A DNA stretch of 63,855 bases, filler included, from Octopus bimaculoides (lineage: Eukaryota): NCBI RefSeq assembly GCF_001194135.2. It is 6 parts of 6 records of this genome, joined end to end, with 100 filler letters (N's around TTAATTAATTAA, not from the genome) between each part and the next. Parts side by side here need not be neighbours in the genome. Positions count along the whole stretch, not along the records: positions 40,105 to 55,690 come from NC_069001.1; 5 more parts are not named here. The stretch is one strand, 5' to 3'. A model generated the notes under the pieces. The model saw nothing but the letters and a program-made list of their open reading frames with translations. It was not told where the DNA came from and did no database searches. Shown here piece by piece: positions 40,801 through 53,895 of the stretch (the first letter of the stretch is position 1; each line of letters begins with the position of its first letter). The position numbers and the translations under genes are program-made.

Positions 40801-41435
40801 TTCAGATTGAAATAAACTCTTTAAAGATATGGGCCTACAGTGTGTGCCAGGCACCAACTCAATGATTCTATATCTCCATGTTATCGCTACGTAGTTGTTG
40901 ACCCCACAATGGGTTCAGTGTCTCTCTTCCCAAATATTTCTTATCTGTCCGGTTAATATTGTTGCGTAATGGAGGAGGCGGTTTAGACGCTGGCGACTCG
41001 GCCAGGTAACAGATTGTGATGGATTACAGTACAATGGGAAGCCTAACATAGCTATCGATGTGTGTGTGTGTAAGTATGTGCGTGTGTCTGTGTGTGTGGT
41101 GGGGGTGCGTGTTTGTGTATATGTGTGTGAGTGTGTGTGCGCCGGGAGCATGTGTATAACAAAATGAATGAATGGAGAAACAACGGGATAAGAGTGGCAA
41201 CAGGTTTTATCGGATGTTGTCTGGAAAATAAAAATTCTGAAATGGCTTTTTGCAGGACGTGTGTTTAGAAGAAAGGACAATAAATGAAATAGCAAATTGA
41301 GAGAATGGACAGCACGTCCAGAAAAAAAGGAAGGGAAGACCATGCAAAAGCTGGAATGAAGATTTTGTTTAATTCTTCCNNNNNNNNNNNNNNNNNNNNN
41401 NNNNNNNNNNNNNNNNNNNNNNNNNNNNNNNNNNN

Positions 41436-41467
<32 letters not shown>

Positions 41468-42360
41468 CCCTTGGAGGGTTTTAGCAAATCGATGCTAGTG
41501 CCAATTTATTTTGAAGCCTGCTACTAATTCTATCGGGTCTCTTTCATCGAACCACTAAGTTACGAGGACGTAAGAACACCAACACTGGCTGTCAAGCTAT
41601 GGTGGGGGGTGGACAATCAGAAACAAACACACACACACGCACGTATGTATGTGTATGTGTGTGTGTATACATGTATGCATGTATATTAGTATATACGTAT
41701 GCATGTGTGTGTATGTCTTCGTGTTTGTCCTCCATCACAAACACATCGCTTGACAACCGATGCTGGTTTGTTTACATTCTTGTAACGTAGCGGTTCAGCA
41801 AAAGGATTTGATGGAATAAACAAGTAGTAAAGTCGGACTTTGCTACTAAAACCCTTCATAACGGTGCCCCAGTATGGCCGCTGCCCAATGATTGTAACAG
41901 GTTAAAAGTAAAGAATTAAAGAATATTTTGATGTCGTCGCTGCTTCATAGCCCCACATGTGATCTAGTCAAGCAAACCTTATCAATAGGGACGTCCCAGT
42001 TGTGACCACCTTGTCTTACTGTATACTGAGGACAGGCGGTGTGATGACAATCGTATATTTTAGTTGGAAGATGGGCAACGAATTCACGGGAGATAAACAT
42101 GATCTTTCACGTGTTAATTGCACTAGAGTAACTCCCCTTGAAATAGTAAGAGTTACTTCCCTTGTTAGTTTAGTATTTTTCTGTATTTCGTCCGGATTTT
42201 CTTTTTCTTTTTATTTATTTTTCTTTCTGTTATTCTAGTTAATCATGGATGAACAGAGAAGCGAAAGGATCTGGCAAGATCGTTAGAGCGTCGAACAAAA
42301 TGCCTTGTGGCGTGTCTTCTTTTTTACGTTCTGAATTCAAATTTCGCTGAGGTCCATATT

Positions 42361-42658
42361 CCCAACATCGCTTGACAGCCGATGCTGGTGTGTTTACGTC
42401 CCCGTAACTTAGCGATTCTGCCAAAGAGACCGATAGAATAAGTACTAGGCTTACAAAGATTAAGTCCTGGAGTCGATACTCTTTTACTTGTTTCAGTCAT
42501 TTGACTATGGCCATGCTGGAGCACCGCCTTTAGTCGAGCAAATCGCCTCCAGGACTTATTCTTTGGAAGCCTAGTACTTATTCTATCGGTCTCTTTTGCA
42601 GAACCGCTAAGTTACGGGGACGTAAACACACCAGCATCGGTTGTCAAGCGATGTTGGG
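42361..42658. repeat. Inverted pair of SINE family A 3' halves (117-bp arms, 64-nt spacer)
   Basis: 42361-42477 versus reverse complement of 42542-42658: about 6 mismatches. Confidence 0.9.
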
Positions 42659-43138
42659 TAACACACTCGCACTCACAAACATACACATCAATGCCCTCAA
42701 ATCAACACTATTTTGTTCGGCCTACAGCATATTCTAATATTTGACAGACGAATAATTTAAAAATAAATGATATTTGTTTTTTTAGTTATTTTTTTAAAAA
42801 ATATTATCATAAAAAAAAAAAACTTTCTGCCAAACAAATATCAGATATTTAAAACATGGTAAATATAGAGTTGTTATTTCAAAATATGGTGGCATTCAGA
42901 AATATTGCGAATATTTTGAAACAATATGCGTATATGTGTGTCTTTTTATCTCTTACTGGCTTCAGTCATTAGACTGCGACCATGTGTGTGTGTGTGTGTG
43001 ATCCATTAGTGACATCGCATGTGAACGACTTCTATGCTGGTCTTTCGAAAAATACGCATTTCTTAATGAATAAATTTGTTTTTTATGATAAAACAAATAA
43101 TATAGAAAATAAAAGAACGATACACGCACGCACGCACG

Positions 43139-43172
<34 letters not shown>

Positions 43173-43629
43173 TACGAGTGTGTGTGCGCTTGTTAAAACC
43201 AATGTCCTTGAAGACGTTCTTTCATCACGTTTCTGTCTGAAAAAGGGAGGTAAATCTTTGAAGGGACGTAACTCTGATAAATCGTGTCTAATTAATAACG
43301 ATCGGTAAAAAGGACAGCTAATATTAGCTTACATATTTTAGTAAAACCTTTGAATAGTTTGCAGCAGCATGGCTGTAGGCAAATGACTGACACTAATAAA
43401 GACTAACACACTCACACACACTCGTACACACACACATAAACATACGCACACATGCATGCTTGTTCTTGTATTTGTGTATGTGTGTGTGTATGCGTGTGTC
43501 TATATTAGTAGCTTCGACGGAGAAGAATATATTATATATATTACATAATATAAACTAAATATATTTTATAACAATTTTCTGCTTCCATAGGATGTGGTGT
43601 GCTGATGCTACATAGCTCATGTCTTACTC

Positions 43630-43700
43630 CGTGTCCCCGGAAGCGGAAATTCCATGTATGTTACTTCCTGCCACGTTGGCGGCCATATTGGTTGTCTTGG
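43630..43700 (+). promoter_or_regulatory. Putative housekeeping core promoter of GORASP (tandem ETS/GABP-like and YY1-like sites)
   Basis: CCGGAAGCGGAAAT (43637-43650), ACTTCCTG (43663-43670), GGCGGCCATATTGG (43678-43691), about 110-160 bp upstream of the ATG. Confidence 0.55.
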
Positions 43701-43797
43701 TTTGTCAGTTTGCGGTGTTGGAACCAACACCCCCGTCTTCGTCTAGCTCTATTGTTTCTTGCTCTGCTTCCTCTTCTCCTGGGCTTCTCTTCTTACC

Positions 43798-43860
43798 ATG
43801 GGAGGCTCTTTCAGCACCGAAGTACCTGGTGGTGGAACCGAAGGTTATCATGTACTTAGG
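43798..43860 (+). CDS. GORASP: First coding exon of Golgi reassembly-stacking protein (GRASP55/GRASP65 family)
   Basis: ACC-ATG-G Kozak; [21 protein letters not shown] versus human GRASP55 [21 protein letters not shown]; N-myristoylation Gly2; phase-0 donor AGG|GTAAGA at 43861. Confidence 0.95.
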
Positions 43861-45365
43861 GTAAGATATATTTTTTTTCATCATCCCTCGCTGCCGATTA
43901 TTATTATTATTATTATTATTGTTGTTGTTAAGGGTTCTGTCTTTTGTTGCATATCAAATCCATCCTCCCCTTTTTCGTCTGCTGTCATTGTTCAACTACA
44001 GGTCCGCCCTGTTCGACTAAGACCAGTGACCAAACGTATTCCATTCGTGACCTTCCAGCCGTTATTATAAAAAACATATCTAGCATTACATTATCTACGG
44101 TAATTCTATAAAGGCGTGATTTCAAAGAAGACGTGACTGCTATTTCTAACCGCTCGACCGACCACGTAGGCGAATGACTTGCCATTAATATTTCTTATTC
44201 CCTCTTCGTTATATGTCTGTCCCCTAACAGATCTATTTTCACGTCTTTTACTCACCTTATATCTCATTTACTTCCGATTTCAATAAAAAAAAAAAAAGAA
44301 CTACATACTAAATAGCTATTATTCTTGCCGTTGTAGTAGTAGTGGTTCAACTCCCAATGGTGTTGATTTTGCTTTTCACTCTTCCGGGGTCTGACATAAC
44401 CGTAAAGCTCCAGTCAGGTACTTGTGGCCTTGCATCGAACCAACTTTCAGCCTCCCTCCTGTCTCCCCGCCCCCCACAAAAATTTCTGGGTTCTGGGACT
44501 CTCTGCTACAAATCATCGTCGTCATCATAAACTGTTCCCTTCGTTTCCTCGATATTTACTGCCCGAATGACAAACAAGAAGCAGACCAGATGGTTCTTTT
44601 GACGTATTAGCTTTACCATCTTTCGTTCCGCTTCGGGAAGTGATTTCGCCTTATGTATACGTGGATATATATTATAGGATTTAGATACACACACAGACAC
44701 GTCGCGCGCGTAGTACCTACCATTCTAGCCAGCATTTGCTACAGCCCGTGATGTTATTACTATGTTATCGATAGTGATGATTAAAATTCGTTCAGTGATC
44801 CCCACGTCTGGTATCTATATTCGGTCTCCTTGCCTCCTAATTTCATCACACTATCAGCTTCCGAACACCTTACAATATACACACCGTCGCTGATTATATA
44901 TAACATGTTATACAGATGTGTTATTATATACATACATATACACGCCGCGCGCATGTTTCTGCACACGTTTTATGTCTACACACCTGGACATTCTCATTGT
45001 CAGCCGTGTCCTTGTCTTGTTTGAGACTGTGTGATTTGAATGAGATTTGGTTGCTATTTCTAGCAAGTCTAGTCACCGAGTTGAAGGAACAATCTCGGAG
45101 ATTCTGTTCCACCACCACCACCGTCACCGCAACCACCCCGACACATTCGGTTTTGTCAACGAGGGTGCCTCAACGTGATCATTTAGGCTACTAGAAATAG
45201 CAGCTAAATCTCCCTCGGATCATACCCCGATGTCTCGGAAACTAAAGGGCGCGTCGAATAGTGTGGTCTCCTAGGATATGCAATGTCCGACAGTGAGGAT
45301 GGTCATGGTTGTAACGTCTTTGATCGTAGATCTGCTTATTCAAGGTTGGCCTCTTCCGTGTGTCT

Positions 45366-45418
<53 letters not shown>

Positions 45419-47054
45419 TATATATAGTAAATGAACGTTGGTTTATCTAGTAACAAACACTAGAAAAAGGTACCCGGTACAAATGAAAGAAACGATGCGG
45501 TGTGACAGAATACTTCAAATTGAAACTTCGCAGTTCGTACTCTTCGAGTTTGACCTTTTCGTATAAGAAAGGTGAAACTCGGAGTATCGATTGAGACAGT
45601 TCAATAGTTAGAGATTGTATGTGTGTGTGTGGTGGGGGTGCATGCTACAGTTTTAATACCGGTTACCTGGGAAGTAATCGTTGTAGCCTCTTCGAACGTC
45701 AATGGAAAAAAATAGCAAATAGCAACGAAATCATTAATTGGTATTTGAACTGTGTATGATTACATATGAATGTGTGGATAGGTAGGTAGATAGATAGATA
45801 TAAGGGTTACGTTTGAAATCCTTTGTGTATCATCTATAAAGAGAAAAAGGTGGGTGGTGGAAATTCGTAATGACGAATGTGGTAGATTAGAAGAAGCTTA
45901 GTTAACGTCTTAAATTCATTGTCTTTCTAATATTTATATATTATGTTGAATATACATTAATTAACATATGTATTACATTATATTTTATATTGTCTGGAAG
46001 CTGGTTAGTAACGTCTCTGTTGTCGCTACTAAGGGCATCTTAGCTGCATCATAAGACCCCCACCCCATCCGGGAGCGAATAAATGCACTGGCCCCTTATA
46101 GTATTTCTTTATTGAGAACAAGCCTCAGCATACATAGATCAGAACTGGACCCCTAATCCTGTGGGTTTTCAGGGCACTTGACCAGTGTGTTCGTGTCTTA
46201 CGACGGCTTTTGTCGCGATCTCTCAGACGACAATATATATATACATATATATATATGCATGCACATAGAATTCTGTATGTATATTATGCGTGCGTGTGTA
46301 CAAATGCTTTTTTTTATGTCGAATTATGTATGTAAACAGTTTAACATTAAACTGAAAGGTGCATATTTATTATACTTTTACAAGAAGGGCAAAAGTGACT
46401 TTGAAGTTTCGGTCTTGGGTTAGCCCTTAAGGGGAATGTGATGTAAGACAACTTTGAATCTAGATACACAAAGTATTCATACACAGTATAGACAGGTTTC
46501 ATGAAAATAGTGAAGAATGTATGTATATATATATATATATATATATGTGTTGTGTATACTGGTGAGGTTTATGTAAAAACAGATTTTAAGAAAAAGAAAA
46601 GAAAAACCAGCCGGCCACATCCCACAAACTCCCGTACTGTGAGAGGCTCTTTGATGAGAGAATCAACTGATGCTGAGGGCGGTGAAAGCATGTTGATGCG
46701 ATCCTTTGACCTGTTGCCTTCGAGATTCTTTCTTCCCACCGCCACCACCTACTTTTTAATTTATTGTTTATATAGAGTATTATTATTATTGTTAATGTGT
46801 TGTTGCCATCACAAATGCCGGCGACGTGGAAGTCCTGATTTGCGCTGTGTACGTAGATGGGAGCGGACTAGCGCGTGCGTGTATGTATATATATATATAT
46901 ATATATGTTTACAAGTTAGTTCCACAACTTGCAACTAGGTCGTGTGTTAGTGACAGAATGGTGGGTAAGGGTCGATTTAATATCTGCAGCTGTCGACCAA
47001 ATACTGTTTGTGTGGTTTTGTTTTTGTTTTATCTGTAGTCTGCGATGCTTATTC

Positions 47055-47420
47055 GTGGCTGTGTGGGAAAAAAAGCTTGCTTCCCAACACATGGTTCCGG
47101 GTTCAGTCCCACTGCGTGACACCTTGTGCAGGTGCCTTCTACTATAGCCTCGGACCGACCAAAGCCTTGTGAGTGAATTTGGTAGACGGAAACCGAAAAG
47201 AGCCCATCGTATATATATGTGTGTGTGTGTATATGTTTGTATGCCTGTGCGTGTCAACCGGTGTTGGTGTGTTTACGCTCCTGTAATGTAGCAGTTCGGC
47301 AAAAGAGACCGATAGAATAAGTACCAGGCTAAACAAAACAATAAGTCCTGGGATTGATTCATTCAACTAAAAAATTGTTCAAGGCCAACATGTCCACGGT
47401 CAAATGACTGCAACAACGAC
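47055..47420 (+). mobile_element. SINE family A, full length
   Basis: Head GGCTGTGTGGGAAAAAAGCTTGCTTCCCAACACATGG through tail GGTCAAATGACTGCAAC. Confidence 0.9.
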
Positions 47421-48120
47421 AAAAGATATCTGTATGTCATACATATTGAAAGGTTGTCTTTTAGGGGTGTTGGTCAACTCTGGACCTTTGAGAGAAATAT
47501 TAATCTCATCTTGGATGTGACACCTGTTACTCACAGGTAAATATTTCCCAGATGACTTGGTGGCTGCTGTTCACAGCTGGGAGTCAACTAAGGTAATGTA
47601 GACTATAGTGAGCCACTGTGATGTGAGATATCCCCTGGATATCACACCAGTTTGTTACAGGAAAGATTTGGCTACTATTTCTAGTATGTCAAAAGAGCAT
47701 GTAGTGGCTCCAACCAAAATTTGCACCAGTTTTCTGGTAAATAATATACTTCATACAATCAGGCCCTATCCTCTTCAAAATAATCTCTCTGAGAACATAC
47801 ACAGTGATCCCTAGACGTCTTCTATACCTTAAAGCTATTATGAAAACCCTCTTCCTGAAGGCCATCCAGTTCTGCATGTGACTGTGTCTGAAATTCATCT
47901 CTCATCTCAAAGTGGTGCATGTCCCTTTCAGCTTCATTTTTGTCTTGGGAAAATCCTGAGGTCAAGGCACCAAAGAGCTGAGAGACAAAACTCCACAGCA
48001 CAACGACACATGTTCAAGTTCACTATGAGAATCTCCTGGTTGTGGGGTGTCCGGATGTCCTAGTTTTTAACTTTTGTGTCTTAAAAGAATTCTTTGGGAC
48101 AGTCATTTGTCCTGGTTTTT

Positions 48121-48990
48121 AACCTTTTCATTTCCATATTTATGTCGACTTACTTTGTCTTTGTTTAATTAATTTTGAAACTAATGAAGAATTTAGTAAA
48201 ATAGCTATGCCATTCAGTTGGTGTTTGAAATATAAAATCAACATGAAATTTTGATGGAGGTTTTTGACTTAGATCACTTTAAAATGGAGAACTTTCATCA
48301 TATTGAACCAAGGGTGGGTTCAGATAGATTAATATCAAAATGATTAAATCCTGTTTTAATCTCAAAAATAAATTTTCGTTGAAATTTTCCAATTCATTTT
48401 TTTTTTTTAATTACTTTCAACAAATCTCTTTCTCGTCAGTTTTTAAGTTTGTCTGTTCAACTTTCATGAATCCTTCAGCATTTAACCAGCCGTATACTAG
48501 GCTCGAATATTCCACCTGTTTTATGTTGAAACTGGCTAGATCTCACCTTTCACACCGACCCTACAATGCCATTCTAAAAATAAACCATCACATCATAAAA
48601 ATTTCAAAATTACAGCATGATTAATTGAAAACAATGTGAATAAAGAAGCATTGGATTTGACAGACTAATCTGAATGCTACAAGATTAAAGTATAAACCTA
48701 CAGCTCACTACATAAATTGACTAAGCAAATACCAGTGATTAGTTGGGGGAGTTAAATTTTTAAATATTGTGATTTTTAACTTTTTTTTTTCCGATAACTG
48801 ACTGAGCCCTTTTGATACCAACGTACCTGAGACCACCCTTGGTTTTATGCAAACACCCTGATTTAATGTTATCTAAATTTAAAACCATCCATCAAAATTT
48901 CATGTAATGTTCCAAACACTGGATTAATATTAAAAGTTATTTGACTAAATTCTCCTTTATTTTCAAAATAACTTTAAACAAATGCTGTAT
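48121..48990. mobile_element. Two diverged copies of a piggyBac-type (TTAA) MITE in opposite orientation (about 48121-48343 + and 48815-48990 -)
   Basis: Share AAGAATTTAGTAAAATA..ATGAAATTTTGATGGA body with 49660-49881. Confidence 0.55.
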
Positions 48991-49558
48991 GTTTCAGCAT
49001 AAACAGGGTAACAAAAGGGTGGATAAAGTGCACCTGATAATTCTTATCCTGCATTCAATGCATACAAATGTACATAGATGTTTGGGTGTACAAGAGGTGT
49101 TACTAGAAAGCTCTCAGATTGCATGTGCAGTAATTGTACAGGTGATTAAACAGCAAATAATCCCAGGTATCCGGCTTATTGAGTCAGTCTGCTAAATGGT
49201 GTCACACTGTCTACCTCTCGTCAATAATTTACACAAGGTTTTCTAACATTATGTTAGAACAGCTTTGGGATGTTTACAATGGATGACAGATGCATCCAAC
49301 ATGCCTGTACAAGTCAGATTTTGCACGAAGCTCAGCAACTCTATATTTAAAAGGCTTTGTTCGGCTTTTGGGGAAAGCAAAGATTATTCTTTCTCAACCC
49401 TGTTGCATATTAAATAAGTCTACCTTGGGAAACTGCATAACTGTTTCTAGACATGCGAGCGGGTTCAGTGGATTGTTCGGTATTGATCCTCTTGGATAAG
49501 ATCACATTTTCTCAATTCTTCCTCAGGATTGGTCCTTCTCAGTTCTCATAGATTTGAG

Positions 49559-49598
49559 CTAACCCTCAACCCTCAACCCTAACCCTAACCCTCAACCC
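49559..49598. repeat. Degenerate interstitial telomere-like (CCCTAA/CCCTCAA)n
   Basis: CTAACCCTCAACCCTCAACCCTAACCCTAACCCTCAACCC. Confidence 0.6.
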
Positions 49599-49659
49599 AC
49601 CTTGAAACACTCGTTCAATTGAAAGAACATTCACTAAAAGCTGAACAAAAGCCTTTTAA

Positions 49660-49881
49660 CCCTTTCGTTACTGTATTTATTTTGAGATGCTCTGTGTTTC
49701 TTTCAATTACTTTTAAATATAACAAAGAATCTAGTAAAATAACTAAGTTATCATTCAGCTAGTGTTAGGAACATAAATTGTGACTAAGGTTTGGTGGAAG
49801 ATTTTAATTAAAAACTTATGAAAACAAGACATTTGCACTACAAAGCCAGAGCTGGTTTCAGCCGGGTTGGTAACAAAAGGG
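49660..49881 (+). mobile_element. piggyBac-type MITE
   Basis: TTAA|CCCTTTCGTTAC ... GTAACAAAAGGG|TGAA: 12-bp TIR (1 mismatch) and TTAA-like target. Confidence 0.7.
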
Positions 49882-50257
49882 TGAAATACCTCCATTGCAA
49901 ATTTATTGAGCTTCTTGTAAAATCCGACTTGTGCAGGCATGTTGTATGCATTTGTCATCCGTTGTAAACATTCCCAAAGCTGTTCTGCCATGATAGTGGA
50001 AAACCTTGTTGAAATTATTGACCAGAAGCTGACAGCATGACACCAGTTGGTAGTCCCAGTAAGCTGGATACCTGGGATTGTTGTTTGATGCAGTCTGAAA
50101 GCTTTCTATTAACACCTTATATACAGACACACACACAAATGCATATCAATAGAAATGTGTGTGTGTGGAGGGGCTGTTATGCATGAACATTTACAAATTC
50201 ATATTTTAGTATATGCACATACACAAAGGAATATGTTTAATAGATGCATATGTGTGT

Positions 50258-50625
50258 GTAGCACCGTCCGAACGTGATCATTGCCAGAGCAGCTGTCTGG
50301 CTTCCGTGGCTAGTGGCACGTAAATAGCACCATTTGAGCTTGATCGTTGCCAGCATCGCCTTACTGGTACTTGTGCCGGCGGCATGTTAGAAAATCATTC
50401 GAGCGAGGTCATTGCCAGTGCCGCTGGACTGGCTCCTGTGCAGGTGACACGTGAAAGCACCCACTACACTCTCAGAGTGGTTGGCGTTAGGAAGGGCATC
50501 CAGCTGTAGAAACTCTGCCAGATCTGATTGGAGCCTGGTGCAGCCATCCGGTTCACCAGTCCTCAGTCAAATCGTCCAACCCATGCCAGCATGGAAAACG
50601 GACGTTAAACGATGATGATGATAGA
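50258..50625 (+). mobile_element. SINE-like element (family D) with three internal about 65-bp tandem units and an RTE-type tail ending (GAT)n
   Basis: Units share GAT/GGT-C(A/G)TTGCCAG..CTGG..GTG; tail GGTTGGCGTTAGGAAGGGCATCCAGCTGTAGAAAC..CCCATGCCAGCATGGAAAACGGACGTTAAACGATGATGATGAT. Confidence 0.7.
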
Positions 50626-50724
50626 GTGTGAGAAGAAATACCACTAACCATTTCATCCAGCTAACGATTCTGCCACTTTGCTGTCTTCAGAATAATAATA
50701 ATAACAATAATAATAATAATACTT

Positions 50725-51170
50725 TCAGGTTTTGGCACAAGGCCAGCAATTTCAAGGGAGGGATAGGTCGATAAGATTGGCCCCAGTGTTTATTTTACCG
50801 ACCTTGAAAGAATGAAAGGAAAAGTCAACCTTGGCGGGATTTGAACTTAGAATGTAAAGACAGACAAAATGCCACAACACATTTTTTCCAACATTCTAAG
50901 AATAATAATAATTCTTTCTGATTATTATTATTATTATTATTATTTATTATTAAGGTGTTGGATCAGCAAAATCGTTAATATGCCGGACAAAATGCTTAGC
51001 AGCATTTCTTCAGGCTCTTTATGTTCTGAATTCAAATTCTGTCAAGGTGGACTTTGCCTTCATTGTTTCAGTGTCAATATGATAAAAGTACAAGTGGAGT
51101 ACTGGAGTTGCTGTAATTGACTAAAAACCCCTTCCCACAAAATTCTAGATCGTGTGTCTGTAGTAGAAAC
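50725..51170. mobile_element. Head-to-head pair of diverged SINE family B copies separated by (AAT)/(TTA) tracts
   Basis: Minus copy about 50725-50900, plus copy about 50955-51170. Confidence 0.7.
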
Positions 51171-51175
51171 AATTG

Positions 51176-51212
<37 letters not shown>

Positions 51213-53821
51213 CACATCATTGTTTTTGTTTGTTTGTCCTTAATTAACCATCTTGTGATTGATAAACCCACACCCACCGCACCATACCACACCACTGCTA
51301 CCACCATCAACTTATCACACCTGTGTGACACCTGTTAAAAGTTCCACGTAGCATTGGCAGTAGAGATGGGGCATAACGATGGTAGTGGTGAGTGAGGAGA
51401 CGTAAGAAGAGGAAAGAGAAAATCCTCAACACGCCAAGGTGTTTCTATTGTATCCGTGTATGTCTACCTGTGTCTGCTTTTTCTTTCTCATCCAGGATCA
51501 ATTGTCTTGAAGCACCTGTATCCTTCTCTACCTTAACAATAGTAATAATAATAACAGTAAATAATAATAATAATAATAATAATTTCAAATTCCGTCTACC
51601 AAATTCTCAAGGCTTTGGTCGGCTTGGTGCTACACTAGAAGACATTTGTCTAAAGTGCCACACAGTGGGACTGAACCGGAGACCATGTAGTTCAGAAGTG
51701 TTATTGAGAATCTTCAGGAAAAGAATAAATAGTCTGATCTCTCTTGGTCTGACTGACCTATGTCCAGTGTGGTGTTTTAAGAAAGTTGGTTGGCTTAAGC
51801 TAACTTACATTAGCTGGTCACTTTCTCTCCCACACTCTCTCTCTCTTTCTCTCTCATTAACAACTAATTACATATAATTATGATGCTTAAATGCTGTATC
51901 ATTGTCTAGACTGCACTCTGTCACTATCTCTCGCTCTCCTTTCTTCTCTACCTTACTTTCTTAATCTCTGTTTTTCTTCCCTTTATTTCTCCCATCTGTC
52001 TCTCTTTCCTTCCTCCCTATATTTGTCTCTCTCTCCTCTCCACCTTGCTTCCTTTCTCCCTAATTTTCCTCCTTTTCTCTCTCCTTTCTGCCCCCTACTT
52101 TTCTCCTTCCTAATCTCTGTCTCACTATATATATAAAGTGGTTAGTTCTTACTCTCTTGCCATTCCTTCTTGTGTCCCCATATCATATTTTTCCAATCTG
52201 CAGAGAAAACTAAACTAGTCCTCTTTATAAAGGTTCCTTATATTATATCATACTTTGATACTGTGTTAACTAAGATCCCCATTGACTGGACCCTGATGTT
52301 TGTAAAACAGTGTTGACATGCCAAGCAAATTAGTAGCCCCATTTTTCTACATCTATTATAATAATCATTGAATATATAATCAGATTGTCTGCTTGTTTCT
52401 CTGGAATTGGTCAAATTGATGTAGATGCCTCTGATGAGAATCCAGTAAGATTTGAAAATCGATTGAAGTTGTTTATTGTTTTTCTCAATCTGTGGAGACA
52501 CAGCTAAATTAGTCCTGTTTATAAATTATACAATTCACATCCATCTAAGGCCAGCATGGAAAAAGCAGTCATAGAAGCGATAACAATTGTGATTGCATGC
52601 GGTTACTGAGGAGTTAATGATGTTAAGGATTAATTCTGGCCAAGGAAGGCAGGGGAGGCAACTCTGGAATTAAAAGTTCCGGACAAGTATAGGAACAACT
52701 GTTTCAGTCTTATTAGACCTCCTCGGTGAAACATAATCTTTCCATTACTGCCAGAAGTTAGTATGACTTGGGAGAATATATAAGATTCTGATGAGTGAAG
52801 CGTTCGGGATGATGTTGGTCAGAATGTTGAAATTGCCAATGGTGCCTTATGAAAGTAAGACATGGGATAAGTGACAGATGAGACTGTAGAATTCGACAGG
52901 CTTCTTTTCAGTTTCAATCAACCAAATCTATTCACAAGGCTATGGTTGGCTTGGAACTATGTCCTTTGCCCAAGGTGCTGCACTGTGGGACTGAACCTGA
53001 AGCCACTTGGTTTTGAAAGCAAACTTCTTAACCGTACAGCGACATCTGTGCCAGTGACACTGTGATTAAGAATGGTGATCTGTGGTACCCAACAAATATG
53101 ATAGCAAAGACAGGATGGTCACAGTTGGATTTCCTTTACCCATGGGTCTGTTCAATAATGGTTGACTTGGGGTTAAGCAACAACCACAATCACAGGTGCC
53201 ACTCTGTAGTTGTTCAACCTGCTAGAAATAACAGCCAGATCTCTCCCACAAATTATGCCCTATCATCTCAGAGAAATGCTATGACACATTGAAAAACGTA
53301 GTCCTAGATACACTCTGCCTGAATAAAAGACAAGATAGTTGTGGCGCTGGGATACATTCGGTCATAATCTTGGTGGATCAGGTCTGGCCTTAACAACCAT
53401 CTGCTCCCACCACCACCANNNNNNNNNNCAACAACAACAAGCTGTTGCCATAAAATCAATAAACCAACTAAATGATACACACACCATACACATACATATA
53501 TACACACATATAAACTCACACCTCATTTACAGATGATTTATGCGAGACAATAGAGCTACCTGTTTCGTGTATCTAAAAATGTCATTTTATCTTCTGGCTT
53601 TTTCTTTGTGTTGGTCATGGTGGTGGTGGTGGAGGGGGAGTTGGTGGTGGTGACAGTAGTAGTGTTTGTACTGCAGGTCAGGTCTTGGCGATATTGTAGG
53701 TAGATTAGCCCTCAATAAGCTGACCTCTCATGAAAAGCATTCCAGCCCTTAGATTATCTCAGAGATTGTGTATATCCCCACCCCCACCCCGTAACATTAG
53801 TTGTGTGTCTTATGAACTTTA

Positions 53822-53853
<32 letters not shown>

Positions 53854-53862
53854 GAGAGAGAG

Positions 53863-53895
<33 letters not shown>

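Larger units (their letters stand above)
49095..50117. repeat. Inverted pair of about 210-240-bp diverged repeats (possibly mariner-derived MITEs): 49095-49334 (+) and 49907-50117 (-)
   Basis: Shared blocks AGGTGTTA(C/A)TAGAAAGC, AATCCCAGGTATCC, GTCAATAATTT, GAACAGCTTTGGGA, GGATGACA, CAACATGCCTG, GAAGCTCA. Confidence 0.8.

Noticed and set aside
52431-52465. CTGATGA-GAATC(CAGTAA)GATTT-GAAA-ATCGATT-G hammerhead-like motif
   Set aside because: Position 17 is G (non-cleavable) and no stem I forms; at best a dead relic
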